DNA of 56,244 nucleotides from Craspedostauros australis (GCA_030167865.1 JALAGF010000848.1:1-56244), one strand, 5' to 3'. Shown: positions 1 through 11,338, counted from the first letter of the stretch. Notes: generated by a model not told the origin, from the letters alone. A program made the numbers and translations.

Positions 1-146
1 TTGATCTCCTGACACCAAACTTTACGATTGGTGTCATGATTGATGTCATGTTTGATGCCCTTTCTGAGTTGTTCTAGTCCGTGGCTGACACGTGCCATGA
101 TCTCCAGATGGGGTGATCATCAATGTGTCGGTCATCATCTTCCTTC

Positions 147-263
147 NNNNNNNNNNNNNNNNNNNNNNNNNNNNNNNNNNNNNNNNNNNNNNNNNNNNNN
201 NNNNNNNNNNNNNNNNNNNNNNNNNNNNNNNNNNNNNNNNNNNNNNNNNNNNNNNNNNNNNNN
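147..263. other. Assembly gap (run of N)
   Basis: 117 consecutive N; ORFs spanning it are artefacts. Confidence 0.99.
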
Positions 264-641
264 GGTGTGACGAATAATATCCAAAGGTGTGACAAATAAT
301 GTTGGGAGTTGCGGCAATCATGGGTATCTTTCCGACAGAGTCGTACCCTTGATTCCTGACACACTGCACTGCCATGCAGCCAGGAGAGCGCAGTACGCCA
401 AATCGAACAGGAAGGAGTGGCGAAAGACTCGGTCTTTACATGTTTATTGATAGGGGTGTGAAGGGTATGGGTATTGCTGCTACTGTTTATGAGTCCGCAT
501 GAAACCAACCGATTCTGTGTGAAGATGCAGTAGGTTTGCAATCATCATTCAGTTGGCATTGGCAGGATCTGCTTGCATTCGCGCGCACCCTTCACATGTA
601 CACAGTCCCACTTGAAGATGGTGCAGGCCGCGACTGCCAAT

Positions 642-1256
642 TTAGCAACCGACTGCCTTGATGCTGAAGAGATCAGTGGAGACATATCCCTCGACTCCTT
701 GTGCCCAGATCTCCATGAACTGGATGTTGGATAGCACGGCTGGGGTTGGGCAGAAACTTGAATCGACGTAGCATGGGGTGATGATCTTGCCGGTGGAAAA
801 GTCCCAGTAGCTACTGAACTCGGCGAGTAGGATGGTGTATCCGTTCTGGCCTGGTCCAGAGATAGGGATGGCGGCGCGGTACTCGAATGGAATTGGCATA
901 TTGTCAGTCGGAGGAGTATCTCCGAAGGCGACGTAGTATCCCTCGTAGCCGCTGAGAGCGTTCATGGTGACCTCGATGGCAACGCAGCCAGCGATGTTGG
1001 GGAAGGACTTGGTGCCAACGATCTTGACGAATCCTGGTGCGCCGATGAATGGCTGGTAATGGATAAACGCATCGAAGTAAGAACGATCGCCTGCCGCCTC
1101 GAGGAGGCCGCCGGAGTTTCCATCAGGGATGACGTTGTCGGTCTTCAACTCCCAGCCGCTGTCACCAGCGAAGCTCTGCAAGAGGATGTCGGCGTTGGCG
1201 GTGGAGAACATGCCCATGAGGGTGGCAGCGATGGTGGAGGAAACGGAGAGCTTCAT
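642..1256 (-). CDS. Secreted CIA30/carbohydrate-binding-like domain protein (single exon, ~204 aa)
   Basis: Signal peptide MKLSVSSTIAATLMGMFSTANA. Motifs 'GWELKTDNV..G.SGG', 'APGFVKI', 'FSSYWD..TGKIITPC....FCP' and 'IWAQGVEG...LFSIKAVGC' resemble the CIA30-like proteins of algae; family assignment is from memory. Confidence 0.6.
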   Translation of the reverse strand: MKLSVSSTIAATLMGMFSTANADILLQSFAGDSGWELKTDNVIPDGNSGGLLEAAGDRSYFDAFIHYQPFIGAPGFVKIVGTKSFPNIAGCVAIEVTMNALSGYEGYYVAFGDTPPTDNMPIPFEYRAAIPISGPGQNGYTILLAEFSSYWDFSTGKIITPCYVDSSFCPTPAVLSNIQFMEIWAQGVEGYVSTDLFSIKAVGC

Positions 1257-2686
1257 GGTGTTGTTTGTTGTTTTGTTGGTTGGTGTTGGCGCTTGGCTTT
1301 TGGCGTTTGATGGGTGAATCAATGCAGGTATTGCTTTTTGTGGGGATGTGGAGACATGTGCTTCAATTCATTGCTGGAGATACGAGCGATGTGAGCGCAC
1401 AAACCATGCGAGCGCACAGGCGGCGCAACAGGCAAACGATGCTGGAGAGTCTGGAGTTGGAGGTTGGATTGGTTTTGGATACGATTCTACAGCCATCGCG
1501 GTAGGTGTCCTACTGCGGATCTGTCGCCGAGATGCTGACAACTGCATGTATTTCATTTCCGCCGACAATTCCCAACCACCTCAAGTGAGAAAGGTAGGGA
1601 AGGAATCAGGAACGACGAACCGGGATGTGTGTTGGAGGTGTCACCGTCTGTGTAGCATTTGCGGAGTTCACCTCGCCTGGAGGAGAACTGGAATGAATCC
1701 ACACAAGATCAAAGAGGATCCTTCGATCCGAACGTTGACGAGTACGCGAAGATTCTCCAGATCGAAGAAAATGCGGATACGATAACGCCCCAGAGTGTCG
1801 TCGTGACATCATTTACGTCGCAGGCAGGACGTGCTCGTGCGATTGGATGGAGGAGCGGGGTTGATAAATCTGCGTATCTTGAGTTGTGCAAGCGAGGGAT
1901 TTCCTGCGTTGGTGGGTGAGCGCTTGTGGCCACGAAGATGGGAACACAAATGACCAAAAACGAATCGCCACATTGTGTTTACGCGTGGCCACCCTCTGTT
2001 CACATGGTCGGAGGTTCGTGCGCGTACATGTATCATTGACGACATAAATGGGACGCACCAGAGTACTCTACAACTTTTCCTCCAACTCAATCGACAATGG
2101 GAGCCAAACATGGAAGTCTGTGCGCAGAGAAGCCCGTAGAGCATTCTGATCATCTACGTTTCTCATGCCCTGGAGCCACTGCTGCGGCAAAAGGAAACAA
2201 GAAGACAGTTCGATTGTCGGCGCAAAACAGGTTGCTAATACTTGGTTTTTGCGCTCAAATGGCAAGCCTCTCGAGAATTCGATTGGTGAAAGGTTCACAG
2301 CTTTGAAATCATAACATCATGCATTGCTTTTGCTTCCGATTGATCTCCAAACAGTACGCGTTTCAACACGACCTATGGAATCAATTGGAACCAGAGTAAG
2401 AGCAACATTCAGTTTGCTTCAACATCTTGCAGCCTGCGGACATCCGCATCACAAGCGTATCAACGTCTTGACGCCCATGGAAGTAGAGGAAGACAGTTGC
2501 CACATTTGGTTGTGCTTCCATACGCACATGCTGCGTGTGTGCGAGAGTACCTGCGAGATATCTGGCCTGCTCCGCCATAGTTCCAGAATACTCGTACTCG
2601 GAAATCCCGGAAAGACAATCGCACTGCGGCATACCCTTCTGTCGAGTCCACGGATACCTCTCCAAGGAGATAAGTGAGAGCCTCCG

Positions 2687-2689
<3 letters not shown>

Positions 2690-2719
<30 letters not shown>
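2690..2719. repeat. (GA)n microsatellite
   Basis: ~15 perfect GA units. Confidence 0.95.
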
Positions 2720-2721
<2 letters not shown>

Positions 2722-3917
2722 AGTGTGTGTATCCCCACACTGGCGAATAGCGCATGGTTAATCGTGTGTGATGCTTTTGGTGCTTCTAATCACAGGTGGC
2801 ATGTTGGTCTGAAAGCGAGACCAATCGAGAAAGAATGGATGCATCCAGCATCCAGCATCCGGCGACATCCCACCCATTCACCAAGTGCTCTTCAGCAACC
2901 ACGGAGAGAATGGGAACTTGAAGGTGCAGACCAATTCCGCATGCCCCACAGCGTAGAAGACCTCAAGTCCGAACGACGAACAAGTGTACGTCTCGTCGTT
3001 CGCTATCTCCCACGAATGATGATAGGATTGGCTTGTTCCCAACCCCGGTACCATGTAATCTAGTCATCCAGCAGTCCTTGTGCTCGCGGGGTCTCAGTAG
3101 GGATTGGCACCTCGACCGCTGCGCTGATCGTGCGACTCTCGGAGAACAGCCTCTATCGCCAAGGTGGCCTTGTATTGGGAGGGGAATTGAGGACATTCCA
3201 AAATCAGTCCTTTCCATTGCAACGATACCAACATGGTGCCTGATCTTCCTCGCCTCAGTCTCTCTGTGCCCCTTTTCACTCTGCTACTTGCGTGCTTCGT
3301 CGGTACGAATGTACGAGGACAGGCTGAAGCATGGCAACGGCGGTGGAAATCTTGTCGCTGCAAATGGCGGCGATGTCGCATGTTCTCATCTTTGCTCTGC
3401 AATGGCTCCACGCACAATCGTGCTGATTGGGCTGCTGTCATTGCTGTTGGAGTGATGTGGATCATCCTTTGAGAATGTGCAGTTGTGGGCAATACAAGCA
3501 CCGTGGCCATGTCCTGAGACGAGATGGGGTCCGCAGGTTCGCCATCGTGTGGAATTCAAGCGATTCCTGTGTCAAAGTGGCGTTCTGGTGAACAACTCGG
3601 GTTAGTCGCATTGGTCAAACTGCCGTTTCCTGACAATATCGACTACATGGACTCAATAATTTCGCGCCATTTCCGTTTCTTGTGGTTTGCGAGGCAAACG
3701 CAAACGAGAGGCGACAAAACACAAACACAAAAAAAACCAAAGCAAAACAAGACGAAGCAAAGCAACCCAAAACAGGTCACAACACACACTCCCTTCATCA
3801 TCATCTGATCACTGATCACACGTTCCCAGACATCATATCAATATCTTGAATTGCGCCACAACCTTTCCACCCGGTTGACTCTGTTGCACCTACTCTGCTG
3901 GTATCATTCCCCCACTT

Positions 3918-3982
3918 GCAGCAGCAGCATCAGCATCAGCAGCAGCATCAGTAGCAACAACAACGACAACGGCAACAACGAC
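3918..3982 (+). repeat. Imperfect (CAG/CAT)n-(CAA)n trinucleotide tract in the Psf2 5' leader
   Basis: gcagcagcagcatcagcatcagcagcagcatcagtagcaacaacaacgacaacggcaacaacg just upstream of ATG 4012. Confidence 0.8.
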
Positions 3983-4011
3983 TGCGCCGCACAGTCAACC
4001 ACCAGATCATC

Positions 4012-4782
4012 ATGTCAGCCGCCACAACTTCCCGCACGCGCGTCTCCCCGTGCCACCGGTCCACATTCACAGCCGAATCGACGATGATCACCATCGTCCC
4101 GGATTTCAACTACAGCCGATCGATCCCTGTCACATCGTCGCGCCGTTGCGCCAAGCTCCCGCCCTTCACGGCCGGCATGCCATGCGAAGTGCCGCTGTGG
4201 ACGGCGAAGCTGCTGCGCGAACGTCGGCTGGCCCAGATCCAGATTCCGGACTGGCTCGAATCGACCGCCCTGGTGGACATTCTGCAATACGAACGCACGA
4301 ACGAGAGCTTCGCGACGCAGCTTCCATTTCACTACTACGAAATCGCGGGTCTGTTGCGCGCGGTGCTGCCCAAGGCCTCCATGCTGCTGGTGCAGGACAT
4401 TTGTGGCATCCGGCTGGACAAGCTGCGCACGCAATTCCATGGCATGAGCCGGGGGATCCTGCAAGAGTTCGACCCGCAGGATGGAGACTTTCCCATCATC
4501 GCGGTGGCGGGAATCGCCAGCATCGAGCTGTGGATGCTGGGTCCATTCCTGAAGCAAGCCATGGGGGATTACCACGCTCTGACGAAGGTGAGGAAGGACG
4601 AGGTCGTGGGAGACGATGGCGGAGACGCGCGCGGCGATTTTGAGAAGGACGCGGAGGCAGGCAGCTTTGACAGTGACGATCAAGGCAGCATTGGAGGAGA
4701 TGGCACCCATGATCAGCAGCCTGCAGCGCCGGCGGGTCGGTCAAGACTACGCGCGAACCGGCTGCGTGTGAATCGTCGGTAG
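4012..4782 (+). CDS. PSF2: DNA replication complex GINS subunit Psf2 (GINS2)
   Basis: 'FTAE..ITIVPDF', 'PFTAGMPCEVPLWTAKLL....AQIQIPDWL', 'LPFHYYEIA..L' and 'LVQDI..IRLDKLR' are Psf2 hallmarks. Confidence 0.88.
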   Translation: MSAATTSRTRVSPCHRSTFTAESTMITIVPDFNYSRSIPVTSSRRCAKLPPFTAGMPCEVPLWTAKLLRERRLAQIQIPDWLESTALVDILQYERTNESFATQLPFHYYEIAGLLRAVLPKASMLLVQDICGIRLDKLRTQFHGMSRGILQEFDPQDGDFPIIAVAGIASIELWMLGPFLKQAMGDYHALTKVRKDEVVGDDGGDARGDFEKDAEAGSFDSDDQGSIGGDGTHDQQPAAPAGRSRLRANRLRVNRR

Positions 4783-5923
4783 AATGATCGGTCCGAGATG
4801 GTGCAGAGGGTGGACCGCAGAGGAGGCTGGTGTGCGGCGCGCTGCTGCATCTCCTCAAGTGCCTCAACAGAGTCCGAGTATTGATACTCAGTGCCTCACT
4901 GCGTGGTGCTCCAACGGACAGGGCGGAAAGAGGCATTGGGAATAGTTGCGATGCCAAGAGCTGAAGTCAACCGACTCCTTCTCTCTTCCTCCCATGCACG
5001 AACACAGCATCGTCAATCTGTCAAGTATGGTACGACTATCATAATATACACAAGAAGTAGAATACTCGCAGTCTTTCATCCGCCTCTCCAAACCCGCGCC
5101 TCATGTCCACGTCCACGTTAATGTTCACGTTTGCAACCCAGGCTTTGCCGACAACGACATGATCATCCTTGCTTGTTGCTTCAACTTCTCTGTGTATTTC
5201 TCTCCGCTTGTGTCTGCGCGTCTCTCTGGAGAGAGAGACAGAAAGCTATACTCGTGTTATACTTGCACTACGCATGTATTCCAATTGAATTTCCACCTGT
5301 TGTGGACGCAGAAAGGACAGGTTGAAGCAAAAGCTGCAACTTGTACTCGTAAAACTGTGTAACCAAGGTCAAACGAAGTGACTTGACGCAACTGTTCCAA
5401 AACAACATTGTTTCTCACCCAATTAACGTTGAAGAACCACGGAACACACGCAGGTTTGTCAGAACAACGAAAAAGTAGAGAGCAACGTGTCTCGCACTCC
5501 ATGTTCTTCCTTTGACATCGAGTGTCACGGAATGTTCAAAAGCAGTCGAACGAATCGATTGTGGCCCTGTTTTGCGTTGAGTCATCATTCGCCTTTCCTC
5601 AGATCTGGAGGTTTTGAAATGAAACCCTCTTTTGGACGAAAATGGGGAAGGCTTTTGTCTGTCGTTGTTGCAGGGAGGCATTTGCGCGATCATTTGTGCG
5701 GGGAGAGGAACGACACGACACACTGCCCATGTGGGTATGCGCAGCATGGCGCCGCGAGAGGAGCGCGTTTGGGCGGAGGCCAAACCCACACTCGCGCAAA
5801 CACACACACAAAAACAAGGACAACACAAACCCGCAACCACGACGCGACTTCACATTCAATTCCACCTTCTATTATACGAATACAGGACCGCACCCACTCA
5901 CTACGCATACCTGCTGATTGACA

Positions 5924-7924
5924 ATGACGACGCAAGGAACGGGCAACGCGCACTCTGCCAACGGACGCGGCAACGCCTCCAGCAACCTGTTCATCCCAAT
6001 GACGAACTCCATCACGGCCTCGTTGGCGCATTACCGCCGTCTCTTCTTTCCCGACGACATGGACCCCGAGGGTCCCTTCATGGCCGCCGCGACGCTGGGT
6101 CTCAGCCTCGCCGTGCTGAGGCTCGCCGTCAGCCTGTACAAGGCCGTGAAGCAGATCAACGAACCCACGGTGACGGTGGGCGACATGGATTCGTCGCCGA
6201 TGGTGGTGGAAGACCTGTCGGTGGAAAGTCCGCAGGAGAAGAAGACGCTGCTTCAGCGCATTTTGGGCAGTCTCCTGCTGTCGCAGCAACGCACGCCGAC
6301 GTTGGCGCAGAAGCTGGAGATTGAGAACGATGAAAAGACCACGACTCATTACGGGAGCTGTCATTGCGGGTCCGTGCACTTCGAGGTACGTCTTTCCGAT
6401 CAGCGTCATTCCGCATGTCTAGCGGCAAACCAGGGACGGTCTTTTTTGGTGGCACAAATTGACAGATGCGTGATTGGGGGCGTGGGTCGCCACAAACCAT
6501 GCTCTCGATGAAGGAGTGCGCGGTCTTCCACGCATAAGGGCACCTTGGGAATGCAAGAAGCATGTGTTCATTGGGAGAAGTCATCTTCATTCATGGCGAT
6601 TGACCTTGTGAACGTCGCTCACACAGCTCTTGCGACCGCCTTTGGCGCTCATTTTTGTCGTTGCTGTCGTTATGACTTTGCTTCGGTTGTTCCTTTCTTT
6701 CCTTTTGCGTTGCTTCGTGATTCACATCTCCATTGTGGCGACTGATTTCATGGTGGGGTAAACGCAACTACTCTGCTCTACTCTACTCAACGGTTCTATA
6801 ACCAATGAACGACCGAAACATGGGATCGATCTCCTGTTGGGATGGCTTGATGGCTGACTTGTGGATTGTGGATTGTGCGGAATGGCGAACACTCATGTTC
6901 CACCACAACACATGCCACGTACATCTTCTATGCATGATGCACAACTTGACGAAAACATAATATCGCACTGATGGATGATGAATCTGAACGATGAATCTGT
7001 GACTGAATCGCATAAAACACGTGCAACACGACAATGAAATGCACACCTGAATTCATCAACTCCGGATTGCCGTACGCACGATTGTCATTCGGCATACAGC
7101 TGCTCGCTCCTCGTTGCTTGCCTGGCAAGGACGGACCAGGAAAGATCCAGTACACGCACACGCAAGTCGGTGCCGAATGCTTCAGGGTCATTCGCGGAAA
7201 GAAGTTCCTGCAAAGCTACTACGTCGCCAGCGACGGCACCAACTACCAAGAATCAAAGAGCGCGCACGCCTTCTGTGGACGATGTGGTGTCCACATCCTG
7301 TATGCGCCGAGCAAAAATGCCTCGACAGTCGAAGTCAACATCAATTGTTTGGATGATGACGTCCACAAGGTGCGCATGGTCAGCAAGACCGACACGATCG
7401 CGGAGGGACTGCCTGCTGACAGCCAGTGGGAGGAGCCGCTGATGCCGATATCGGAAGACCTCCACAGCACCTCCGGCTTCGAATTCAAAATGCAAAACCT
7501 GTACGATGACACCAGAAGCACACAGTCCATGTTCAACAAGCGTTCGCCGTACGGTGCCATGAACCATGGCCCGCCCACGCCGTCAACTGCCGGCAGCGTC
7601 ACGGATAGTTACATATCGTCAATCGGGGCGGGGACAAGACAACTGGAGCAAGAGGCCGAATCCATGTCGGTCACCTCGTCCGTCACCAACCCAGCATCCA
7701 CGGTGGGGAGATCATTCCCCCAACCGTTTCAGACGCCAACACATGCCTCAACATCACCGATCCAACCACCTCACTCAGATCCGCGGAACATCACATCGCC
7801 GCAGACCAGGGAGCAGATGCTGAGGTACATGAAGAAGCACCTGGCTTCGCCGTCGGGGGGACTGTCGGCGATGTCACCGTCGCAAATGACAACTCCGAAA
7901 GCACAGCGGACCAGCAGACGATAA
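5924..7924 (+). CDS. GFA/CENP-V (Mss4-like) domain protein; exons 5924-6385, 7100-7924 (~428 aa)
   Basis: 'HYGSCHCGSVHFE' | phase-0 intron GTACGT(6386)...CATACAG(7099) | 'LLAP...FRVIRGKKFLQSYY...HAFCGRCGVH...EVNINCL'. N-terminal hydrophobic segment and S/T/P-rich tail. Confidence 0.8.
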
Positions 7925-8479
7925 GCCATGCTCCGAAAGCAACCAAGGGATGGGAGAAGAACAATTCGGGGCATGGGCCAACACCAATACCGTTGGCTGT
8001 GCCAGTGACGACCTTTGTACTATACCATATACAAACGGTCAAGGAAGTAGATGCGGCAAATACTTAAGCCAACATTGGGACCATGCTCGTACTTCAGCGA
8101 CAATCGCGCCACGCAACACCTGAGAGAAGGAGACAGAGCATCGCACATGATGGGCTGATACCAAAGTACTCCATAGTGGGAGTGTTATACTAGTACAATG
8201 CCTCATCGGCACTTTAGATTTCCATTTTGTTGGGCAGCTTGCTGATGGTTGCTATGCGCTGATGTTGCCATCAACTGAGGCCCTCTCCCGATGAGTGTCT
8301 GGTGCAACGCGAATAGGCGTATTGTACTCGAGAGGCACCTTGGGTTGCCCAATTGATGTCATGCGTGCCCCGAAGAACAGTCGCACGTTACGGTGAGCCT
8401 TTCGAGAGTATGTTCCCACCACCATTCGCATTGCGCTTCCGTTTCCACTTGTGCTTGAAAAGTACTGTACCACTTCACT

Positions 8480-9010
8480 TCACTGCTCCAGCGGACGCTC
8501 GAAGATGAGGAGGACCTCATCCGTGCGAGACTCGACGTTCGATGTCAAGGCCTCCACGACCTCCTCCCACGCGCGCGCCTTCATGACGTCGAACAGCGAG
8601 CACTGCCACGACACGCCGCCCGAGAAGGCCGCCGCCGTCGACACGAGACCATCGCCTTGCGGCAAGCCCAGCGACCACTGCGACGTGTACCGCAGCACGT
8701 CGCCCACCTTCTCGCCGCCCGCGCCATCCTTCGTGCAGACGGCCAGATTGTCCTGCGGCGCCACGTCGAGGCCGAACGGCAGCTGGTATCGCACCTCGAT
8801 CAGCTCCGACGGTCCCGGCACGATGGGGGAGAACTTGAGGTTGGCCTGCAATCCGGAGTCGCTGGGCGGCATGATGACGGAGATTTCGAAGGTGTCGTCG
8901 TCGGTTGCGAAGAGTTGGGACGATGGTTTGAGTGGTTGCCGATGTGGAGCGAACGCCGCGCTGAGACATGGTGCGACCAACACCATGAGGAGGGTCCAGG
9001 ACGAATGCAT
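8480..9010 (-). CDS. Plastid-targeted protein of unknown function (possibly PDZ-like fold), 176 aa
   Basis: Signal peptide ending in 'LSA-AFAP' (ASAFAP-type motif) followed by a transit-like stretch. GC-rich coding codon usage. 'LPFGLDV..', 'EKVGDVLR' and 'LIFERP' are reminiscent of PDZ-like algal plastid proteins. Confidence 0.75.
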   Translation of the reverse strand: MHSSWTLLMVLVAPCLSAAFAPHRQPLKPSSQLFATDDDTFEISVIMPPSDSGLQANLKFSPIVPGPSELIEVRYQLPFGLDVAPQDNLAVCTKDGAGGEKVGDVLRYTSQWSLGLPQGDGLVSTAAAFSGGVSWQCSLFDVMKARAWEEVVEALTSNVESRTDEVLLIFERPLEQ

Positions 9011-9204
9011 GTTTGCTGTGGAGTATTATATTATATGCGATATTATATAATGGTGGGGTCTTGGGTGTTGGGGGTGTTGGTGGAGTGCTCTGGTTGTGAG
9101 AGATGGGATGTTGTGTGTGATGCGATGTGGTTGCGGACAATCGGATCTTCTTTTGTGCGTGCGTTGTGTTGAGTGTGATCGGAGTTTGATGAGTTGTTGT
9201 TGTG

Positions 9205-9308
9205 TGACGTTGTTGTGTGACGGAGATCGCGTTGACACCATCTGTCTGACACAGACACAAATCTTTGGAGACTGCACAGACACGACGCAACGCGACATGA
9301 CGTGACGT
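9205..9308. promoter_or_regulatory. Three TGACGT (bZIP/aureochrome-type) boxes upstream of the plastid-protein gene
   Basis: TGACGT at 9205-9210, 9298-9303 and 9303-9308 (overlapping pair). Confidence 0.35.
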
Positions 9309-9540
9309 TCTGCTTGAAGATGTTGTTCGACCTCGAAATCGGAGGACATCAGGCACTGCAGACTCCTCGAAGAGCACTCTCTCTCGCACCACCGTACCGC
9401 CTTGTCACCCTACAATGGTGTCGCAATTGCTTTGCTCTGAGCAAGTATTGTTATATTAAATAATATAATAGTACATTTGCATCGATTGTACTTCAACGAA
9501 CTACGGTGCTTCTAATGCGCACATGCAAGTATCATCAGAT

Positions 9541-11172
9541 CTAAAGCTTCTCCATTTCTTGTTCAGGCTGCGGCATAGCCTGCGTCGCAGGTTGCGGGAC
9601 AGCTTGCGGTACAGCTCGCACGACGGCTTGCGCGACAGGCTGCGGCATGGCCTGCGCCACTACTTGGGGAATCGCCTGCGCCACGGCCACATCCGCAACT
9701 GGAATCTCCTCAGGCGTCGTGACGACAGGAATGGTCGATGCAACGACGCCGCCGTCCATGCTGATTCCCGACAAGGGATCAAACCGCGCAGCCGCATCTA
9801 ACGCGGCGGCCGTGCCCACGTCGAGGTTGTCATGATCCATGCTACCTGCCGATGATGGCACGACGACGCTCTTGGCGTATGATTCGGCAACGGCCACGGC
9901 GGCCTGGACTGCCGCGGACTCCACCTGGAAGTCATGCGTTGGATTGCAGACGTCCACCGTTGCAGCGGCGGGTTCATGCAGCACGGCGGTGGCTTCGTGC
10001 GGATCAGCATGCAACGGTTGTCCGGTCACCAGATGCACAGCGCAAATGTTTGCGAATGCGTCCTTGTCGTGCTGCGCCATGGCAGGCTCTTGAGTTTGGT
10101 CGGAATCCATCGTGACTGCGAACATGGAAACATGGATTGAGTCGGTGCCAGGGTTGTGGTGGTGCGTGAGTGAATGATTGGATGAATTGATGAATAAGTG
10201 AATGAATGGAGAAGTATCAGCAAATCTGAAGTTCATGTTCTCCGTGCTACGCTGTACTTGCATGTTTGTCCAAATGGCTCCAACCAACTTTAGAGTCGGT
10301 TGTTCTGTTTCGCACGTACCTGTGCCTTCCAATGATTGCTGTTGGACGTGTTGCTGTTGTTGGACATGGTGCGCTTGCTCTGGATGCAGCTCGGCCTGCT
10401 GCAATGGCTGTTCTTGTGGATGCAGCTCCAACTGTGGATGCTGCTGTTGAGGATGCGATTGTTCAAGTTGCTGCTCTTCGACTTGCACCAAGGGCTGCGA
10501 TTGTCGTGGCTGTGGAAGCTGATGTTGTTGCGCCTGTACCTGCCTTCGAGCAGAGTTGCGATACGGAAACATACCGATCGTCTTGCGGTTGACAACAACA
10601 TGATCCAGCTCCTCCTCCTTCAACTTGAGCACCATCTTCTTGTTCTCACGACGATACCGCATGCGACGCCAAATGTTCTTGCGCAGCAACCAGTCGTGTC
10701 CTTCTTCTCCCTTCGTGTACTTTTGATTGTAAAAGAACTCCTGGCCCACTTTCAATGCCTCCCATGCCTTGTAGGAGCGCGTTCCCGTGACGGCGTTCGT
10801 ATCCATCTCCTTGATTACCTGAGCATCGCTGAAGCAGGAGGCCGGACGTCGTCGCCGCACCGGTCTCAATGTTGCAGCCGCCCGTTTCCCAGGCGTCGAT
10901 TTGGCGGGCGTTGCAGCGCTGGTGGGTTGCGGTGCCTGACGCATGCGCGCCTTCTTCAGCGTCCGATGATCCCTGAGATTGTTGCGCCTGGCGATCATGA
11001 TGCGCCTCATGAGACGTTCCTCGTCATCGCCGCGACCTTTGATGAAATCACGGCAGGCGTATCTCAACTTCTCGCCTTGTGCGAGGTTTTCCCATTTGGT
11101 GAACGTCGGCGCCTGCCGGATGACGTTCTCATCAAAGTCGGCAGGACGCGGTCCCATCTTTGGTCCTGGCAT
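9541..11172 (-). CDS. Uncharacterised protein with two tandem ~55-aa domains, a Q-rich region and AQAxPQ repeats; exons 11172-10320, 10115-9541 (~475 aa)
   Basis: Long ORF; probable 204-nt phase-1 intron with GTACGT donor at 10319 and TTCGCAG acceptor at 10116; internal repeat W-E-x-L-x2-G...Y...KG. Confidence 0.8.
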   Translation of the reverse strand: MPGPKMGPRPADFDENVIRQAPTFTKWENLAQGEKLRYACRDFIKGRGDDEERLMRRIMIARRNNLRDHRTLKKARMRQAPQPTSAATPAKSTPGKRAAATLRPVRRRRPASCFSDAQVIKEMDTNAVTGTRSYKAWEALKVGQEFFYNQKYTKGEEGHDWLLRKNIWRRMRYRRENKKMVLKLKEEELDHVVVNRKTIGMFPYRNSARRQVQAQQHQLPQPRQSQPLVQVEEQQLEQSHPQQQHPQLELHPQEQPLQQAELHPEQAHHVQQQQHVQQQSLEGTGTCETEQPTLKLVGAIWTNMQVQRSTENMNFRFADTSPFIHLFINSSNHSLTHHHNPGTDSIHVSMFAVTMDSDQTQEPAMAQHDKDAFANICAVHLVTGQPLHADPHEATAVLHEPAAATVDVCNPTHDFQVESAAVQAAVAVAESYAKSVVVPSSAGSMDHDNLDVGTAAALDAAARFDPLSGISMDGGVVASTIPVVTTPEEIPVADVAVAQAIPQVVAQAMPQPVAQAVVRAVPQAVPQPATQAMPQPEQEMEKL

Positions 11173-11335
11173 GGTGCAGCTGCTCTGCTCTTATGCATCT
11201 GCAGAGTGATGGATTGAGTATTGGTATGGTCTTTCGATGGTGATTGTGGCAGACGGAGCCAAGAGAAGCGATGCATGAGGATGCGGACATGCATGTCAGT
11301 ATGTGAGTGAGTGCGTGTGAAGGGGAGGCTCAGTC

Positions 11336-11338
<3 letters not shown>

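Noticed and set aside
40..541. ORFs spanning the N gap, and a 9-bp inverted repeat (tgacaccaa/ttggtgtca at 10-36)
   Set aside because: The ORFs are open only because of Ns; the short hairpin alone is insufficient to call a TE end or ncRNA
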